From Vermamoeba vermiformis (Eukaryota): DNA of 64,000 bases. Below the pieces are notes generated by a model. That model was not told the origin of the DNA. It saw only the letters and a program-made list of their open reading frames with translations, and ran no database searches. The stretch is from contig JBEWZL010000216.1 in assembly GCA_045837725.1 (NCBI GenBank), positions 310,001 through 374,000 of the forward strand. The letters are read 5' to 3'. The translations under genes and the position numbers were made by a program. Shown here piece by piece: positions 11,368-26,138 of this stretch (positions are counted from its first letter, which is position 1; each line of letters begins with the position of its first letter).

Positions 11368-14172
11368 CTAAGGCAATTGATTAATCAGCTTAGACTTGGG
11401 AGGTGGCCAAGTGAACTGATATTCTTTCTGCGGCGCGGCAAAGCAGTCAGCGAGGTTGTTTTTGAGGCCTAAGCCGTCCAAAAAGTGGCGCAGTGTCTCG
11501 GTCAAGTTGAACACGAAACCTTCGCCCAGACCAATGTCCGCAATGTTCTGAGTGTTAAAAACGCAAGGATTCAATGTGTAGAATTGACTATGGTCCGCTC
11601 TAAGTAATATCCTGTTAATTGTGTGCTTGAAAGTAGATCTGATCAATTCTGGCTACAAACCTGTAAATATCTCTCCACGAGTAGTACTGTGATTTAGAGG
11701 CCCACAATAAGCCATAGACATAGGCAGTAGGATTAGTGTGTCCCCAATAATTCAATCGCTGCGCATCCACGCGGTAGTTAGCAGATCTGCTCTCGGCTGT
11801 GGTAACTGCTAGCTGGACAGCTTTCACGGCTTCATTCAAGGCAGCAGCACGCTGAGAGGACGACAAGCTGAAGTCGCGTCGTGCATAGGCATTGCGCACC
11901 ACACGAGCACGCAGCATGGTCATGGTGGCCGAGTCCACAATCTCTTGCATGAAAATTGAGGCGTACTTGCCCGAGACACTCGACTGCAGTGCTGCGAACT
12001 GATTGGTGAACTGCGTGAATGTTTGGTCCATCGCGGCCAACAAGGGCTTGATGCTCTTGAAGTAGATATCGGGCGGGTAAGGCCACATCTGCCACAGATC
12101 AATTTTAGCAGGCTGAGTTTGACCCACACCAATAATGGCTGAAATTTGACTCCACGTGTCCCAGCCAGCCAAATAAGCAATGCCCGTCTTCTTGTCAAAG
12201 CTGTCAGGCTTAGTGCTGCCAATTTGACCGAGCACGAGCAATTGGTGCTCTGCTTCACAGTACTGGGCGAGCAGTTCCGCCAATGGATCTGCTGCCTGGC
12301 CGAAGATTCGAGTGACTTTCTTGAGGTACAACTTGAAGGCCTCGTCGTCACTGAGCGACAAGTCTAATGGGTCCCACGCAGCACGTGCAGTAATGACGTC
12401 GTTGAGCCAGTAAGTGTACTCCCAACCACTGTCAAAATTGAACGCGCCACTCATGCGCTTGCCAAGCTCAATCTCTCTGCGTGCAATCTTGCGCATGTCG
12501 TACAATCGAGCACGAGCATACAAAGGTAAGAACAAGGGCACGGTGTTGTCGTATGTGATCCAATAGGCAGTCTCACCTACAACACGTGTTAATTTGGCTT
12601 GCTAATTAGAAACACGCCAGGTAATGCACGTACCAAAGTAGCATGTCTCGCGTGTACCGGCCTCTAAGAACAAGTAATCGAACATCTGTGAAAAATCTTT
12701 TTGACCGTAAGTCGGTGCAGGGTCGTCAAAGGTGTAGAACTGAACAGTGTGCGGATAGACGCCGAGTCGTGAGTCAGCATAGTACGGCAAGAAGTTGAAG
12801 TTGATGGGACCATCGCCTAACGGGTTCTTGAACGTAGGACAAGTTTGACCCTGTAGCAGCAGTCAGCACGATTTCATTGCATAAGATAAGATGAAAGCGT
12901 ACCGATGAGATGTGAGCCTTGATCGAGGACCACGTGCCATACTTCTCGTTGGCGTAAATGGCAGTGTAATTCATCCAGGCCAACATAATGTCGCAGTTCG
13001 GGTGATTGAATTCAGTGTAACCGCTCTCTGTGGCTATGAAACCGAACTGTGCACCTTGAATGAGCCTAGATATTGACATATTGACTGTTAGGATGAATAA
13101 ATTTCACGCGTGTCGACATACCAATCAATACGATCAGCGATGCGTTGATATTGCTGTTCAATGGTGCCTGAAGTGTCGACCATGTACCAGCCGTGTTGCT
13201 GTCTCTCAGCAATGGGCACATCCGCACCAGTCAAGATGCCATATTGATAGGCAAGTTGATTGATGGTGGCCAAGCGAGTCTGACGAAGTGAGCTTGTTGC
13301 GAAGTCAGCCCAGTCCTTGGCACTCAACAGGACCCATTCGAGTCTGTTCTGTTTGTTAGCGACAAGCCACTCGCAGAACATTTCAAACTCGGGCAAGATG
13401 GAGTCAAAGCCTGCCTGGTCGTTTGGACCATTCAAACCCCAGCCTTGCAGCAATGGCGTGAGCTCCAAGGGGTGTTCAGTGTGGTAGTGCCAGCCTCTCA
13501 CGGGCCAATAAGGCTTTTCTGTATGAGTCCAGTTGCTGGTAGTGGTGGGCAAGGTGTCGGGAATGACTGGTTGGAATGGATGCAGGAACGCAAAACCTAA
13601 CTCTTCCAACAGAGCGTAGCAGCCATAATAAGCACCGAGTGGTGGACTAGCTGCAGATTTAACGGGCCAAACGAAGGGTCCATTGCCGTCAGCGGCATAC
13701 ACAGACACGCCACTCATGCCATTGAGTGCGGTAGATGAGGCCATTGAAAAGGCTTCTGGACCAGCAGCAGACAGCGCGCCGTAATCTAATAATTGCTTGC
13801 TTGTAGTGGTGGTGCCACAGCTAATTACAATCGATGATTGTGTTGGATAAATGGTATCGCTAGCTTTGACAACTTGGAGCGGATATGGCGCTGTTTTGTT
13901 GACAAAGAAGGTGATTCTGTTTTTTACAGCTGGTGAAAATTGGTCTCCAAGCTGGAGGACAACGTTTGGCTGAGCAAGAGCCGATCTAAGGCTTCGCGAA
14001 GATATTTTTTCGTGAGTGGATCTTGCGCTAACAGATAAAAATAATTAATTACGCTAATTTAAATGCAAGAAAAATAAACAATGCTTTTATTAGTTAAAAA
14101 CGATTAAACATACCATGCCATGCAGATCACATTGCAAAACGCAATTAAAAGGAGTAGCTTGAGAAGTGTCAT
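11368..14172 (-). CDS. Secreted protein of unknown function with a glycoside-hydrolase-like N-terminus
   Basis: Signal peptide MTLLKLLLLIAFCNVICMA. The YYGCYALLEELGFAFLHP...EKPYWPVRGWHYHTEHP pattern recalls the GH20/GH67-type domain-2 to barrel junction. About 6 exons. Confidence 0.6.
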
Positions 14173-14394
14173 TCTATTGAGGCTCTTAAGTATTAAAACA
14201 TTATAATGGAACTGGGTTGGTGTGTTTCTTTTGGTTAAAGAACGAAAAATACTCGTCGATTTCTGGCCTACTTTTGGTTTTTAGGACACAACGGGACCAT
14301 TTCAAACACATCAATTATTATAGTACAATAGGAGACTTGAAGACATTGATAAGACGTTAATTCACTTCTATTTTACATTCGCGGTATTGAGGTC

Positions 14395-15770
14395 TTAAAA
14401 TGCAACCTCAATGTATTTAACAGTCACCAAGACCATGCCAGGTCTCGGCGTGGTATATTTACATTTGTGTTCAATCAAAAAGTGTTCCACTGCTGGACCA
14501 ATGATCGCGCGACCAGTCTGATGCACGCCAATGCCAGTAATCACGCGTAACTCCTTCACTGCTGGCGGATCTTCAAGAGCCAGGGCTTGCAACTTGATGG
14601 CTAAGACCATCAATGCCTCTTCGGCGTGCAGTCCGTGCAGATCCACTTCATCTTTGCCACGGTGGTGATTGTTCGTGGCATAAATCTTGGATGCAGCTTC
14701 ATCGTGCAAGTCAACGGCTTGCGCACGCAGTTCTCGTGCTTTTTGCGTGCAATCTCGTGCCTCTGAGTGTGAGCCACGCTCGTAAGCCTTCGTGGCTTGT
14801 CTGCACGCGTTGTTGTACGATTTGAATCGTTTGACAGCCTCGCGCCTGGCCTCGCGATAGATGTCTTGTGCCGTCGTGTTCTCCAACACCAAGGACTTGA
14901 GCTGTTCTGAGGTCATCATCACAGCTTTGGCTAGTCGGCCTGAAGGTGGCGGCACTGTTGGATGTCGCTTTGCTGCAGCGCGTGATGGCTCGTATTTGCG
15001 TGAACTCTGTGCCTCGCGATCCATTTTCTTCTGCTGCTCAATGATGCTCTTATCGAACAAGGGCTCATTCTCCTCGTTGTTATTAGTGCTGTTCTCATCG
15101 TCATCAGCGCCACCCTCTTCAGCCAACAAGGACTCAAGTGTGCTCGAAGCCTCGCCTTGGTGACCGTTCAAACGCGCTATCAACGCGTCACGTGACACTC
15201 GCGTGCCAAAGATTTGCTGCAAGAAGTCAACTGTGGCATTGCCTTCGTTGGGTTTGTTGTTTGAGTTCGGGGCTAGTTGGGGAAAATCGCCCTTTTTGAA
15301 GTAAAGCGGATCTACTCGCTTTTGATATTGCGGCAAAGTCTTGCTTGGGTCTGGCTCAGTATTATTAATGCCTGCCCAACCACCAGTCTTGCGAGGGCTA
15401 ATAATAACCGTTAGAATAACAAATAATAACTGTGGTAACGATATTTTCGAATTAATGCAATTGAAAATTGTTAATAATTTCAAATAAATGTTGTAATAAT
15501 AATTTACCTCGTCTGTCGCTGTTTGGGATCACTTCTTTTTCGTTCTGGTGTTCTCGATCGACCAGGTTGTCTTGGATTTAATTTATTTTTGTCCTGATTT
15601 CGAGTATCATCCTTGGTTCTGTCTTCTTCTATAACGGCGCCCGTCATTAATGCTTCGGCAGCTCGTTCGATATCATAGTCATTCTGTTTGAGCGCCAACG
15701 AGATCCGCTGATCGCTCTCGTCAGGCAGAATGTCCTTCAATTGGTGGACCAGCTCTTGCCAATTATCCAT
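14395..15770 (-). CDS. CUE/UBA-like + DUF1771 + Smr domain protein (Cue2/N4BP2-like RNA endonuclease)
   Basis: N-terminal CUE-like QLKDILPD...YDIERAAEALM; AYERG...A...A DUF1771 segment; Smr motifs VDLHGLHAEEAL, LRVITGIGVH and PGMVLV. Confidence 0.85.
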
Positions 15771-15970
15771 TTAGTATGAGTGTAATGTTTGTTGTGACAT
15801 TCGAGCAAAGATGATTTTAACTCTTGAAAGGGACATCACATTTTTTTCGCACGACTTGAAGACTTGTCTTGCTATGACTGACACTGAACTGAGTAGACTA
15901 TTGACTACGTTATAGTAATTCGATTTGAGTTTAATTTTTACAATTTTTACATGTCGTCACTCTGTCTGTC

Positions 15971-18900
15971 TTACGAATAGAGTTGATTCGCGTTCAGATC
16001 CAATTCGACCACTGATGAAGGCTCACGCTTTAAAGAACTGTAAGTACCGTGGCTGTAATGATTAGGCATATTATGCTGACCAGAAGGGTTGTTACTGTAC
16101 GCGTAGCCACCGTTCACGTGCGTGGTGTTGGGTACTTGTTGAGTCCAAGCGCGAGGCTGTTGATGATTGCCAGCTGCAGGCAGATTGTTCTGTGCGTGAG
16201 GCACGGTCGGGGCGTAAGGCTGTTCATAACCCACATTAGGAAAACCACCTGCATTGCCCGTGACACTTGTCATGACATTTGTGCCGGTCCAGTTCGGCGG
16301 CGAGATGACATTGTTGTTAGTGCTCACTAGCGTCGGATTGGTAGTGCCATTGCTCACACTCGGCGAGGTCGTGGTCAGAGGGTACGGCATGCTCGTGTTC
16401 AGCGGTGGGTTGTCGGCACTGAGTCGTGTCGAAGTGGCTGCACGAAACAGATTAACCTTCGGTAAGAAGAAATTCAATCGCCAAGTCATGTTGATCGGGA
16501 ACTCATTCGTGATCTTTTCAGTCTGCACTTCTAACAGCTTGATGCCGTCCTTAACTGCCTCGAACTCGGTCGTGTAGCGATTGAGTATTTCAAGGGCCTG
16601 TCACAGACATTAAATTCTTGCTAGTTCCGTAATTGCAGTCACTTACGGCTTTGAACTTGTCGCGCTCGTCTTTGAACAAGTAGATCTGTGCGAGCATGAA
16701 CACTGGAATGGGCACAAAGTACAAGAAGACTGAGCCCAGTTTGGTGCCCAGATGTGCGGGGAACTTGGCCACTTGATTGAGCACGCGGTCTGCGAACTAT
16801 GGGCAGAGTGATGAGAAGGTATACGACAGTATAAATATTATTCATAAATCTAAATTATTACGACAGCAAGAAAACAATTTTTCATGCGATTGAATGATCG
16901 ATTAGAATTCATCCGATTATCGATCGATCTATCAAATTGCAATAGAAGTAAATTGCCTACCATATCAGCTGCCTCGTCGTAGTTATTAAACAAACAAAAC
17001 ACTGCTCGCATCGCATCTGTTCTGAGCAGCCAGATCCGCTCTTCAGGCATTGCATCTCTGTGGCATATATCTATTAGACCTATATATGCTTTATAGATAC
17101 GATGCCGCTACGTACTTTGTAATCTCGTTGGCTGAATAGGTCATAATGAAATCGATCAACTCTAACAACTTCAAATTGTGATTGACGCGCGCAAACAAGT
17201 CATCCAGATCTGTTTGGCCTATCAATGACATCCATGTCTAATAGAGCTCTATTAGTATCGATACTATGGTACTTTAATCAATCAATGGCAGGTCGATTCA
17301 TACCCGTTGAAAGAGAATGCCAGATATCCACGCCAAGTGTTTGTCTTTGTTATGAATCATCGTTGTGATAATATTCCGCACCACATTGATGTCGGGGCTA
17401 AGGAGATATAATTAGAACTGAAACATCAGGAAAAGAATCAAAAATTGAAATTCATATCCGGTACAAATGCAAAATAGCTGCAATATCGAACGGAAATAGC
17501 TTCTTAGTGTTAACTTACTTATATAAACCCTTCTCTGAGGTCAAAAATGCACATTTTCGAAGATTCTCCAAGTCAATGCCGTTGATAACTGGCTTGCCGA
17601 ACTTCTTCATTACTGCTTCGCTAATCATGATTGTATTTTGGCTGTAAAACTCTTCTTTGTCAAAATCGCCAATTACTGAGAAGTATCTAGCAAGTTGTTA
17701 GTCTTATTCTTCGATTAGAGATTTGGAGCTTGTAGATGCGTAATAAGCGCTGTAACATACCTAGATAGGAAGAAATATACTGCTGCCATGTACGGACTAG
17801 TTGTGTCAAAAACTGATGAGATTATAAGCCGGATCTCGTGGCTCAGATCACGCGAATGGTTTTCATGAGTGGACATTAGTGCGCCGAACATGGCCATTGC
17901 TTTAGACACCGCTAACTGTTGCTGATCAACTATTTAATACAACTATTAGCTCATTGCTTTCGATAGTATCGCAACACGGTACAAAATATTTCCTTATTTG
18001 GCATAAATTGTATTAGGATTTCGCATTTTATCGTCGTATTTGAGTCTATATTACTTACTATGTTCGTCATAAAATTGAGTGACGTCTGTTATTGGTGGTT
18101 TGATTTGGATCCAGGGGTAATATTGCCGCATATATACATTGATGTAATTATTGAGCTGTTGTGAATTCACCATATGTCCAGAGACTAACATATCTCGCGT
18201 CTGTTACAAAAATATGCCTTAATCTCAAAATACAATGATTTTTTTGGGATCCTGAAATTCATAATCATTCATGTAAAATACAATTACCTCCGCATTTGTG
18301 GTAGACAACTGAAATACTTTTCGCTCCCATTCTTTAGCTGAATTAACTTGTTTTGAGAGCTCTTCGTTTAGTTCATTGATTGTTTTTTCTAATCTGGCAA
18401 TCGTTCCTTTTATGGACGGAATTATTAGGTTAGTAAACTAAACGGCCAATATGTCACTAGACTACAATATTATTGATAACTAAGCATATAATCGGAGGAT
18501 GCGGCAACTATTGGCCACAGCCCGTATTTTCGGATTTCGAAAAAACGTCTTGGCAATATCGCCCAATACGAATTTTCGCAAGGTACTTAGAGAACATATT
18601 GCATCAAAATAAGAGAATACGTAAATTTAATTGAAAAAAGCCAAGAGATCCAGATGCTAAAAACGGAGTCGCAATTTTTCGTAATCATAAAGCTTTATCG
18701 ATCGAATACATACCTCGTGTAGGCCCTCGCTTATAGGGTTTATCTGGATACACGCATTCTTTATTTCTTTTTCGACATGTCGAGCACGGAAAGGCGCCAT
18801 CACCTAGATCGAAGTCCATTTAATTTCTGCTGATTGCTTATCGAATAATAGGCCATGCAGTAATTTTACCGTGCATAATGCAGCATATTTGTAATATTAT

Positions 18901-19080
18901 AATGATTTTTGATAATTTGTGAATTGAGGAGACAGATGGTGCTGTCCCATTTAGCAACGTACATTTCAAATGCTTCTCTTTGCATTTAAGACACGCAAGA
19001 CTAACTGTAGTCGTTCTATTCCTCTTTAGCTTTTTTTTATCTGAGGTGGACTGAGCGTCTTCTGACTCGGAGGAATCCAT
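15971..19080 (-). CDS. Zn(II)2Cys6 binuclear-cluster transcription factor (paralog A)
   Basis: Spliced ACLKCKEKHLKC-DGAFPCSTCRKRNKECVYPDKPYKRGP, a multi-exon helical middle region, and an N/P/T-rich C-terminal tail. Confidence 0.85.
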
Positions 19081-19455
19081 AACTGATAGAGGTCTTGTTT
19101 GAAGTCAGATGAGTCCTCTCGAAACGTACACTAATAACGTCTTGTGCGCAATAAATTCAACTACATAATAATAAATTGCTTGCAATAGGCATGTTGCGTG
19201 TTTTCTATCCCCGAAATTTCCGGATGTCACGTGGATAATTCGTTACCAACCTCCTCAGTTAATGATGGGAGAATGTAGTGTATGCTACTACAACGCATTT
19301 TGAAGACCAGTGAATTGCAGCAGTCTTGTTGACCAACGTAAAGTACAATTTTATTTTTACATTGCGCGAGATAATTCTGCAACACAAAACTGAAACTTAG
19401 GGGTTGCTCTGAACTACTCGCAGTATTGATTTCGCAGTGTTGGTAGCAAGATTTG

Positions 19456-22400
19456 TTAATGAAAGTGCTCGGAGGATTGTGGATGTGGATCCAGATCTTG
19501 TCCCTGGCTCGGGCCATGACTGGGGCCGTGTTGTTGATTATGTGGGAAAAATGAACTATTATGGAATTGAGGCATATAAGGGTAGTTTGGGTTCCTCTCT
19601 GAGAAGACAGGGGCATCAGGCTGGGAATGCGGCTGGTAATATTGTTGGTAGTGTTCGTGATCCACGTTGTTGTTCGACGGCATATTGCTATTGTTCGGAG
19701 TAGCACCAATAGGCATGCGATTCGTGTTGTTATTCATCTGTTGCACGGCGACCATATGCGGCGCTTGAGGTTGCGAGTACATTGCTTGGCGCTGCGTGGC
19801 TTGTTGACTGGCGAGTTGTTGCTGTTGCAGCTGATAGTACTCGGGGGACATGAAGTGCGAGCCCTCCTGCGTCATGCGCGGTGCTGCCATGCTACTGTTG
19901 GGACGGCGTGGCTGTTGATGCGGAGCCAGTGGCACCATGTTGCTGACAACACCAGTCTGTGACGCATTATTGTTGACAGCAGGACTGTACTCGCTGCTGA
20001 ACTGATGGCCGTAGACTTGATGCTCGGGCGCGGCACGGAGCTGTTGGACGGGTTGATTGCCGCTGGGAGTGTTGTTGCCGCTGCCAGGACTGTTGCTGGC
20101 ACTCGTGCTGGTCACCATTGCATTGGCATTGCTGGGCCTGTAAGCACTGCTCTTGCCCTCTTGCACTTTTGGCTGCGCGGCACCTACTGGCCTCGTGCTG
20201 ACCACAATACTCTCAATAGTACCAGCGGTGTTATAAGGCGGTGTCGCAGGCATCTTAGCATTGGCGCCGAGCTCCGATTTGATGGGCAACAATTGCTGGC
20301 TCGAGGGCGGAGGCATATTCAGTTGACTGCCCCACCGCACGGCATTCATTCTATATGTCTCTATGCGCGGGTACACGTAGTTCATGCCGAATATCGTGTT
20401 CTGATTCTGTTGTGTGTTCTTCGGTATGTCATGCAGATCAGGGCTGTGATCCAAAAGAATCTCCAGTGCACTACTGAGACTCGAATACGTCCGAATGTTA
20501 TTACTTAGCAGCTCTAGGATCTGAATTCATGCTATGCTTAGTACCGCATTCAATTTGGCTTGAATTGATTACGTGTGTCAAAATTTAGGATTAAATTTGT
20601 GAACTAAAATCAGAATAGATTAAGAAACGTACTTGCTGCATTTGCTCGCTTTGATTGCGATACATGAATATTTGAGCCAGCAGATAGAGCGGCATCATGA
20701 CTAACATAATACCGTTCTCGGGCGCTGGCAACTTGTCGAATTTCGATAAGGCTCTATTCGCTCGCTGTATGGACATTAGAATACGTATCGAATATGACCA
20801 CAATTGACTACACTTACATAATCAGCTGATTCATCTTGGCTCAGTACCAAATGGATAAATGCGCGCAAAGTATCGATCCGCAATAGAAATTTCTCGCTAG
20901 AACGGCGAATTAGACGGAGATATCTCAAGATGGTTATGATTATGTTTCGTTATTAATTAATCTACTTACGCTTCAGGGCCTACAGCATTGACAACTGTCT
21001 CGAGTGAATCTAGCACTGCCAAGCGAGTATACAAATATTCGATTTGATTCGAGTCGTTAGCAGCTAACATGTGGTAAACACCACCATATACCTAGATTTA
21101 GCGATTAGAACAGTATTACTTCGCAAAACAAGCAATTTCATACCTTGTGAAGCAGATTCAGTAAACAAAAATCGAGCAGATCTTGTCGCTGTACGCCCAA
21201 GTTCTTTAAGAACTCAGCTAGTGGTTGTGGATTGTCACTAGAGCAATAGAGCATCAATAACGGTATGAATACGATAGATCACAAAAATTGGACAGGGATT
21301 TGGGACCTAAGCCACTTACGAGTATTTGTAACACAAGGAAGCGAGATGTGCTATCTGATATAAGTGCTCTATATCAATGCCATCGAGCATCTTCACACGC
21401 GTCTTCTTTAAGAGCCGATCTGTCATTGCCAGAGCATTTTCATTAAAGAAATACTCTCGTTCAGAATCGAAGCGGTAGGCGTAGAGACTCGAGAGGATGA
21501 AGTAAGTGGCTGCCACTACTGGATTGACATTGTCGAACTTGCCCGAAACAATAATCCTAGAGTAAATGTCAGCGCAGATTTTAATTCGCATCCACACAAA
21601 ATTAAATCCGAAAAATTTGTGACTTTAGAGACAGCAATCGTAATAGTTGCCATGACAATATTATATTTCTCCTTACCTTGCTTTATTTGCGAAATCAAAG
21701 CCGACTGATTCGTTGCCTATTGCAATTGCGCCGTAAGCTGCCATAGCCGTTACGCAACCAATTTTCAGCTCGTCTTCCACTAGCATGCGGAGTTAGCTTG
21801 TGATTTAGTAGCAAAAGACTACAGTCATTTCCATATAATTACCTGTATCGTTGGTTAAAGAAATCGGCGGGTTGATCCGGAAGTACTTGAAACACCGCGT
21901 CATATAAGAGTTGACGAACGCATTTAATTGTTCCAACGGAACAATAGGTGTATTAGCCAAAGAACCTGGTGGCAAGCTCTTTTTCTAAACCGTGAAAGTG
22001 AGAAAGATTTTCGAGCTCGATAAATTACGGCAATATTTCAAAAAGATTTGATGTACTATTAGCAGCGGGCGATAAGCGCTAGAATAACGACTTACATTGA
22101 CACTAAGCATCAGTGTATCATATTTAGCTTGCCATTGCTTCGAAGCTTCGGCTTGCTTGCCGAGCTCTTCCGTTAAGCCCGAGACAACTTTCTTCAACCA
22201 AATAATCGTTCCTGAAGGTCATAGTAGCGTTAGAATAATATCTTAAGCAAGAGACACGTTCAGATTGGAATTAACTATTTTTAGTAAAAACTGTGCAAAA
22301 GTATCGAAACGTTGTGTGGATGGAAACACATGACACAAGCGCACGACAAGATTAATTTTGTGATGAACTGACACTCGGATAAAAATTAATTTTGTGGCCG

Positions 22401-22887
22401 GTGCTATTCAATTCGAAGACCTAATTCCTTGGCTAAAATGGTGGTTCTCCAGATCTGTCTAATAAACTCCGAGTTCCGTCTCATTTTGGCTTACCTGAAG
22501 TAGGGCCACGTTTCACTGGCGTTTTTTGGTAAGAGCATTCGATACCCTTTTTCTTGCAATTATCGCAGGGATTTTTTCCATCGCCTAAAGTAGGAGTCAG
22601 ATCTCGTGACTGCAATTAATCCAGAACAATCCAAGTATCTTAAAGAATCACAACTGTTTGTGACTGGTGAAAAATAAATAGAATGATAGTAAAAGCGATA
22701 GCAATTATGATCATCGCTTGATTGAAATTTAGCCCAATAAATACGAGAAGAAATTTTGGATTTGAATACTAAAGTAATTCTAACACTTACATTTAATATG
22801 TTTGGATCTGCACGATACGCAAGCAATTGAAACTGTCGATGTTCGATTTCTTTTCTTGCTAGAGAGGGATCCCTCGTCGGATTGCAT
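19456..22887 (-). CDS. Zn(II)2Cys6 binuclear-cluster transcription factor (paralog B)
   Basis: ATG at 22887. Spliced ACVSCRSKHIKC-DGKNPCDNCKKKGIECSYQKTPVKRGP, a middle region similar to paralog A, and a Q/N/P-rich C-terminal exon at about 19456-20460. Confidence 0.85.
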
Positions 22888-23601
22888 CGATAAAGCTTGA
22901 AATAGCTGATTGCTATAATTTGTTTCGTATTATGTGCTACTAAGACTTCGTTGTGCTCATACTTGTATATTGAAATATTTCACGCCAAAGGAAAAAAGGT
23001 TTCTCAGTTTTTGGTTTTCCTCTTGCCATATATGGAAGATAGGAATAAATTTGATAAAACTGGATGAGGGACGACCCGGTGGATGCCTTTTCCCAGGGAG
23101 TTGCATCCAACATTGAAAGTGCATCCAAACAGTGTATTACACTATCGGCCAGTTCGCCGTAACAATTAATGTGCATACCGCTTTCGTACCGGAATAACTC
23201 AAACCGTTAATGACGAGAAGGACTTATATAGTAGTGGTAAGAATTAGGTCGAGAATTTTGATTATTTATTCATCCAATCTTCTTTTTGAATTTATTGGCG
23301 TATTTTGTGGATTGTTTTCGCGATCATCCTATCCGCGAGTATTTCGCGATTCATTTCGTTATGATTATCATTTATCTTGTCGCTAAGTCATTAAAAATCA
23401 TAATTCCTTTCATTACGATCCCATCCAATGGGAGTATCTCGGGATGAAATTAAAATAAATTCGACGCTATTTTAAATTCTATTTATTACAATTAAAATGG
23501 CTTAAAACGCTAGTTAACGCCACCATAATTTCGTCATTCATACCTTGTCTCGATTGCACGAAGAGATGCATTCCTACCGCTCCGTGCAGTGCCGATCCAA
23601 T

Positions 23602-25978
23602 TTAAGGACGAACCGATTTCGCCACCAAATAAGCGCCGTCACGGATCTTGAAGGCGGTGTCCATGCCCCAGAAGGTCAATACACTCTCGTATCCGCCAAT
23701 CACGTACTCGCGGGGCGTGGTAAAGTATCCCATGTGGTTATTGCCTTAATAGGAAAATGCAAGTTAAATTATGCTCCCATGAAACTATGTTGGGAGCTCC
23801 CATTAAGTAAGATTCGACGCAGCCAAATGAGTCCTATTTGTAACTTACTATATCCGAATACATGCACGTTGTTGAATCCCAGCGGCAGAGTGTCGTTGCG
23901 AATCCAAGTGCCCAACTCGACGATCGGCTCGCCAGGCACAGTTACGATCAAATTGTGCACGCCGTTCACGGTCAAGCGCACGGCACTGAACTTGGGATCG
24001 TTCTCGACCCACGAGCTGTCGAGGTGCAAGTTGAGGTCGCAATTGAGCCAGCGACAAATGCCGCAAATGTCCAAGAAACCACCTTGCGTGCAGTTCGAGA
24101 GACGTGCGAGGGTGAGATTGAGATTGGTGTGGCCGAATGGCACGGGCTGCGAGTAGTGCTGCAAAGTGATTTGACCCGTGGGCTGCAGACCGTTGCGCTT
24201 CTCTTGCACGGTAGCGGCGATGAGATCCGCACCGACAAAGTGAGGCGCGTTGTCGCATGCTCCAGGTGCGGGATCAACGTCTCCTGCATCGGAATTTGCA
24301 AAGAGTGAAACTCCGCCGACATTCTGCTCGATGAGGGCGTTGACACGGCCCATAATGTCGGAACTCAGGTCCATGTTTGAGGGACCATAGCACACGCCGT
24401 GGATGGCAAAGTTCCATAAAGTAGCAATAGGCTTGCCTACAAACACGTAAGTATATGGAGGTGAATAGAAGGCTTTGTAATCAGATTCATAATTAAAGAA
24501 CGGATTCGGAAAATTGAAAACCAAAAGAAATAAAGATTCATATTCATCACGCCGCAATGATAATCAAACTTGAATCTGATTCAATATGCATTATATTAAC
24601 AGCGTACCATTGAGATCATCAACACGGAACACGCCCAAGTGTGGATCAATCGACGAGCGAGTGACGTAAGGGCTGAACTTGGCGCGACGATTGGCAGTAG
24701 CATTATAGAGCATAGCCACACTACGATTAATGTGAGTGTCGTTGCCTAATTAAGTAATATACCGCGCGTACCCGACGTCCATTTTAGCGGGCTGCAAGTT
24801 CTTTTCAGCTTGCACCATCGCACTAGCCAGATGTGACGCCAACAACTCTTGCACAGCGGGCACTAACAAGTCAGTGGCAGGGGCGAGGGCCTAGAGTGAT
24901 ATGAATTACAAAGTCAATAAAGGATTCGAATCATCAGAGGTATATTCTCGGATGATTTTCCGTGAACGGCTTGATCCAAAGAAATTTAATTTGGAAAATG
25001 TAGGTTTGCTTTGCCGAGAACAAATTGTCTATTTGAGTTTATGAACATCACATATTATTAGATGTATAACTTACCCACAATAATTCCGGTGAAACTGCAC
25101 CGGGACCGGAGTGTGAGTGCGATCCACTCAAAATCACTCTGTCTTCCGACAATGTGAAGCCCTGCAGATGATTAGCACTATAATATTATAATATAGTCGA
25201 TATGCAAAGACTTACTTGCGCTTGAGCCATGGAGAAGGCCTTCTTGAACAACGTGCCATCTGCTCCGATAGCGTCCATGGTCAAAAAGCAGAATCTGAAT
25301 GGGTAAATGAGCAATTAAATTGCTAAGGTACGTTTAATTATACTCTATCGATCATGTTTAATGAATCAAGTTAAGTCAATTATGAAACAAAAATATCTTC
25401 GGATCTCAAGGTTAATGTAATGTCGATAGAACCATCCATATTAGTGTTATATAGTTACCTATTGCCTTGACCATCATCAATCACGAGAGCTTTGGCATAA
25501 TTAGGGTCTTTGACTCCTTGACTGTCAAGTGAACAGATTAGATCCAAGTTTATCTTTAAAAAGTAAACAAATAATTATTATGATTATAATTAACAATATT
25601 TTTTGCAATGGATGATCCTATTGGCAGATCTCGTGCCTCTAGATCAAACTATGCCTGAATAGTCGCAAGAATTTTTCTCTTGTGCCAAATAATTTTTAAT
25701 TTTGCTTACCTGGGCATCATAAATGTAGTATATTGTTGAGGATAAGGCAACGGCCAATAAGGAACGCGGCGAGGACCGTGGTTGAATCCAGCTTACGAGA
25801 TTGAGCATGAGTTGCCGAGTTTACGGTTAAGAATCATGAATTAATTATATTTACCTAATGGAACACCGATGGGTAATGTTGCATCGACTGAAGCTGCACC
25901 AGCTTGCATCTGACCGTTGGCGCACACGATCAGCACAGCTAACACACAAAATAGCGCGCAGAATACACGAAGCAACAT
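23602..25978 (-). CDS. Neutral/alkaline non-lysosomal ceramidase family protein, secreted
   Basis: Signal peptide MLLRVFCALFCVLAVLIVCANG; motifs GVPLAGF, LSGSHSHSGPG, WNFAIHGVC, SDAGDVDP and VPGEPIVELG. Confidence 0.8.
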
Positions 25979-26138
25979 GATTGTACAGGGTCTGTGTTAC
26001 TTCACGAATAATGTTGCAAAAAACGTCTAAGTTCATTATTCAAATTTGTTTGTGAGCGGTTCAAAATTAGTATGGTGGACCATACAAGCAATCATATTTC
26101 TTAACAAGTTTATCAATAATAAATAAGGGTGAGGTGCC

